Below are positions 62,766-64,000 of a DNA stretch of 64,000 nt, piece after piece. The notes beneath the pieces are model-generated. The model saw nothing but the letters and a program-made list of their open reading frames with translations. It did no database searches and was not told where the DNA came from. A program made the translations under genes and the position numbers. Position 1 is the stretch's first letter. Each line of letters opens with the position of its first letter. Where the stretch lies: assembly GCA_963841015.1 (NCBI GenBank), contig CAWJAX010000002.1, forward strand, positions 288,001 through 352,000, written 5' to 3'. Source of the DNA: an uncultured Methanoregulaceae archaeon (lineage in GTDB: Archaea; Halobacteriota; Methanomicrobia; Methanomicrobiales; Methanospirillaceae).

Positions 62766-63320
62766 ATGCGTCCCATCTACGTGGTCAATAATTTCGGTCA
62801 GTTCAATCACCTTATCCACCGGGCATTACGGGATCTGGATATTGATGTATCCATGATCCCAAATTCAATCCCTCCGGAACAGATTCCAGGTGAATGCAGG
62901 GGTATCATTCTTGGAGGGGGACCAACAATAGAACGGGCGGGCAATTCCTTCAGATATCTCGATCTCGGGCTGCCGATACTGGGTATCTGCCTCGGGTTGC
63001 ACATAATCGCAAAAAAATTCGGTGGTGATGTTCACCAGGGACTACGGGGTGGATATGGTCCGGTTGAGGTAGAAATATGCGAGCATGATGATATTCTTTG
63101 CGGATATCCAAACAAGATCAATGTCTGGGCCTCTCATGCCGATGAGGTTTCAAGGATACCAGCGGGATTTACCTGTCTTGCGTATTCCTCTGTCTGTGGT
63201 GCTGAAGCGATTGCCCTTCCCGATAAGCATATCTATGGGCTTCAGTGGCACCCGGAAGTCAGTCACACATTTGAAGGAAAACGCGTTTTCGAAAATTTTG
63301 ACCGGATCACCCGTGAATGA
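62766..63320 (+). CDS. guaAA: GMP synthase glutamine amidotransferase subunit A
   Basis: FGQFNHLI, PILGICLG, SHAD and QWHPEV. Confidence 0.93.
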   Translation: MRPIYVVNNFGQFNHLIHRALRDLDIDVSMIPNSIPPEQIPGECRGIILGGGPTIERAGNSFRYLDLGLPILGICLGLHIIAKKFGGDVHQGLRGGYGPVEVEICEHDDILCGYPNKINVWASHADEVSRIPAGFTCLAYSSVCGAEAIALPDKHIYGLQWHPEVSHTFEGKRVFENFDRITRE

Positions 63321-63753
63321 CCGGGCTAGGTTCGAACAAAATTACATGAAAGAGCCCGGACTACGGACAAATTCCCGCATCACACTTTTTTGTGAGATAA
63401 TAGTGATAACCCAATGACATCGTTTTGACCCTCCCGCTCAGAAATGACGTGAAACCCGCTTTTTTGGTAGATTTTAATAGCGCATTTCCTTAAAACACCT
63501 GATTAGGATGATATTTTCCACAAGCGTCGACTCACTTTCCCTGGAACAAAAAACGAGATCCACCATTTGTCCAACGGAGACCACATTGCATCCCGTATTG
63601 ATATCCCTTACAACACCCCCAAAAAAAGCCCTGATTCAACAGTGTCTGACAATTTCCACACCTCCTAAAATATTGATACTCATGGAATGTCAGATCGCAG
63701 AAGGGCTGAAAAATATGACTATGTTTAATTTTAAATATGAGGAAGCAAGATGG

Positions 63754-64000
63754 ATGATTATGATAAAAAAGGGCTTGACAATTCTTATTGTTCTTGTGTG
63801 CATCTCCCTCTTTTGTGCAGGTCCGGCGTCTGCAGCTATCAACACTATCAGACAGGGTAATACCGTATTTATCGGTGAAGAAGGACTCGACATATCTGCA
63901 GCAATGGGGCCGGATACCAGCATTGGGTGGTGGGCTTCGGCTGCAGATATTTACACAACTTCGCCGACACAAACAATTGTTCTGACCGGCAGAATCACCA
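63754..64000 (+). CDS. secreted surface protein (DUF3821-like), 3'-truncated by window edge
   Basis: MIMIKKGLTILIVLVCISLFCAGPASA signal peptide, then INTIRQGNTVFIGEEGLDIS..IGWW. Open to the window end. Confidence 0.78.
   Translation, partial: MIMIKKGLTILIVLVCISLFCAGPASAAINTIRQGNTVFIGEEGLDISAAMGPDTSIGWWASAADIYTTSPTQTIVLTGRIT

Overview
A 64-kb chromosomal window from a methanogenic archaeon. Gene content and protein style (mch, methanogenesis marker 12, porGDAB, endA-trpS-pheST, bacterial-type ruvCAB, DUF3821/DUF5803 surface proteins) point to Methanomicrobiales, probably Methanoregula-like; this is inferred. Most of the window is housekeeping: translation, cobalamin salvage, His/Thr/GMP synthesis, DNA repair, a cdc6 paralog, nifB and tRNA-Val(TAC). 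Notable items: (1) a 6.3-kb GC-rich island with two MBL-fold hydrolases, an FAH-family enzyme and SulP. It is bounded by a perfect 22-bp direct repeat, sits inside a hairpin between apgM and cdc6, and carries no recombinase. (2) A family of diverged, hairpin-rich intergenic repeats with four copies, plus a smaller hairpin family. (3) A cetZ + membrane-anchored protein operon embedded in a Chlor_Arch_YYY/TIGR03663-type glycosylation locus. (4) ORB-like boxes in an 875-bp gap far from cdc6. (5) A GC mosaic in pheS/pheT. (6) Six apparent single-base indels, one of them in the tRNA, most likely long-read assembly errors. No CRISPR array, rRNA or transposase was seen. All family calls come from motif recognition by eye, not from database searches.
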